The notes beneath the pieces are model-generated. The model searched no databases and was not told the DNA's origin. It saw nothing but the letters and a program-made list of their open reading frames with translations. From Candidatus Marinacidobacterales bacterium (GTDB lineage: Bacteria > Acidobacteriota > Vicinamibacteria > Marinacidobacterales > SMYC01): DNA of 64,000 nucleotides. Where the stretch lies: the NCBI GenBank assembly GCA_965224085.1, contig CBDCYI010000004.1:448001-512000 (forward strand), in the 5' to 3' direction. Of the stretch, positions 62,882 through 64,000 are shown piece after piece. Both the position numbers and the translations under genes were made by a program. The number at the start of each line of letters is the position of its first letter. The stretch's first letter is position 1.

Positions 62882-63342
62882 TGCGCGCCCGGAAGTTTAG
62901 CTCGAGTCTCATCTTCGCCGCCATTGCCGGGCTCGTCGCGGTGCCCTATCTGCTCGTGGCTCTGCCAGCGTTTGGGCTCATCCGCACGCTCTCGATCGGA
63001 AGCATCGTGGGCGTTGCCGCCTACATCGTCGCCCTCAGCCCATCTCTCGTGCGCGGCCTGCGCTACGGAGCTTTGACCCTCGCAGTGGGGGTCGGACTCT
63101 TCGCGCTAGCGCCTGGGGTCGTGGTGCTCTTCGGGAGTGCTACCCTACTCGGCATCGTGCGAAGTGGCCTTCTCTATCGCGCGAAGATCGGTCGCGCCCT
63201 CGCCATCGAGGGGATGCTCTTTCTACTGGCGACGAGCGTCGCTCAGCTCTTGGCGGGCTCGGCGGTTCAGAGCTACGGCCTCGCCGTTTGGGGTTTCTTT
63301 CTCGTTCAGAGCGCTTTTTTTCTCTTCGAGGGAGCGCGCTAG
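62878..63342 (+). CDS. Small multi-pass membrane protein
   Basis: Highly hydrophobic; GTGA overlap with pspA and AAGGAGG RBS. Confidence 0.75.
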   Translation: MMRARKFSSSLIFAAIAGLVAVPYLLVALPAFGLIRTLSIGSIVGVAAYIVALSPSLVRGLRYGALTLAVGVGLFALAPGVVVLFGSATLLGIVRSGLLYRAKIGRALAIEGMLFLLATSVAQLLAGSAVQSYGLAVWGFFLVQSAFFLFEGAR

Positions 63343-63626
63343 CACGCGAGCCGAACCGCTCGTCTAAGCTCGAATTTGTGTCCGACGGCGCGAGCGCGAT
63401 CATGGGCACAGAAATAAATCGTCCCACACATTACCACAACGGGATGCTCGAGTGCCAGGAAATTTACTTGTCGCGTCTGCTTGCCCGAGCGAAAGCCAGG
63501 TTCTCGGTGACCCGATACAGGCGTGTTGAGCGCCGGAGCGGATCCTCGAGTAGAGGCCTATGCGTGAGCCGGGTAGCTGACGCCGCCTCGGCTCATTGAC
63601 TCACGCGACTCAGCCAGCAGAAATGG

Positions 63627-64000
63627 CTACGCCTGGGTGAACGGAATGACCCCCGGGAGGAGCCACTTCTCCCACATCTCATCAATCTTCGCCTGGAAGT
63701 ACTCGATATCTTCGTCAACGAAGTGGGCGAAGCGACCCTGCCGCATCAGGTACTCGCGAACCGGCTTGCGCTTGACGGTTCCCTTTGCGATATGTTTGGA
63801 CTTGCCGTACATCTTGAGCCTATGCTCTTCGACCTCATAGAGCGGCCAGATGCCGGTCTCCACAGCAAGCTCACCGAGCTCATGGGAGTACATCGGATCG
63901 TAGTCCCAGCCTTTGGGGCAAGGATCGAGCGAGTGGATGAACGTCGGCCCGCCGATGGCCAACGCCTTGCGCACCATGTTCATCGTCGCAACCGCATTGC
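63627..64000 (-). CDS. porB: 2-oxoacid:ferredoxin oxidoreductase beta subunit, C-terminal part (5' end off window)
   Basis: KALAIGGPTFIHSLDPCPKGW, LAVETGIWPLYE, PVREYLMRQGRFAH. Confidence 0.85.
   Translation of the reverse strand, partial: NAVATMNMVRKALAIGGPTFIHSLDPCPKGWDYDPMYSHELGELAVETGIWPLYEVEEHRLKMYGKSKHIAKGTVKRKPVREYLMRQGRFAHFVDEDIEYFQAKIDEMWEKWLLPGVIPFTQA

Noticed and set aside
63440-63600. Another gene remnant (...LLEDPLRRSTRLYRVTENLAF...)
   Set aside because: Looks coding, but no family could be recognised.

Overview
GC-rich bacterial window. The lineage is probably Acidobacteriota, inferred from ADOP-type ABC permease remnants, eukaryote-like Ser/Thr kinase remnants and many secreted propeller/peptidase genes. 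Intact housekeeping and transport genes include pfkA, tctCBA, pgpA, clpS-clpA-aat, gltX, a GGT, and a CASTOR/POLLUX-like channel paired with a Ca2+/cation antiporter. These are interleaved with an unusually dense set of decayed genes. Signals not shown by the ORF track: (1) a relic integron at 4.5-6.8 kb, with an intI 3' stub oriented like its cassettes, a candidate attI, two well-formed attC sites, two BrnTA toxin-antitoxin cassettes and a truncated MOSC cassette; (2) several 'head-and-tail' pseudogenes that keep only their N- and C-terminal codons; (3) a nested IS cluster (amidohydrolase < IS5 < IS1595) whose IS1595 carries passenger ORFs and a candidate multi-stem RNA; (4) two small non-autonomous elements, a 165-bp CTAG-bounded hairpin and a 190-bp TTAA|CCCT...AGGG|TTAA piggyBac/IS1380-like MITE; (5) a decaying two-component + VWA + PspA + membrane-protein module. 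No rRNA, tRNA or CRISPR array was seen. Family calls come from motif recognition by eye; no database searches were run.
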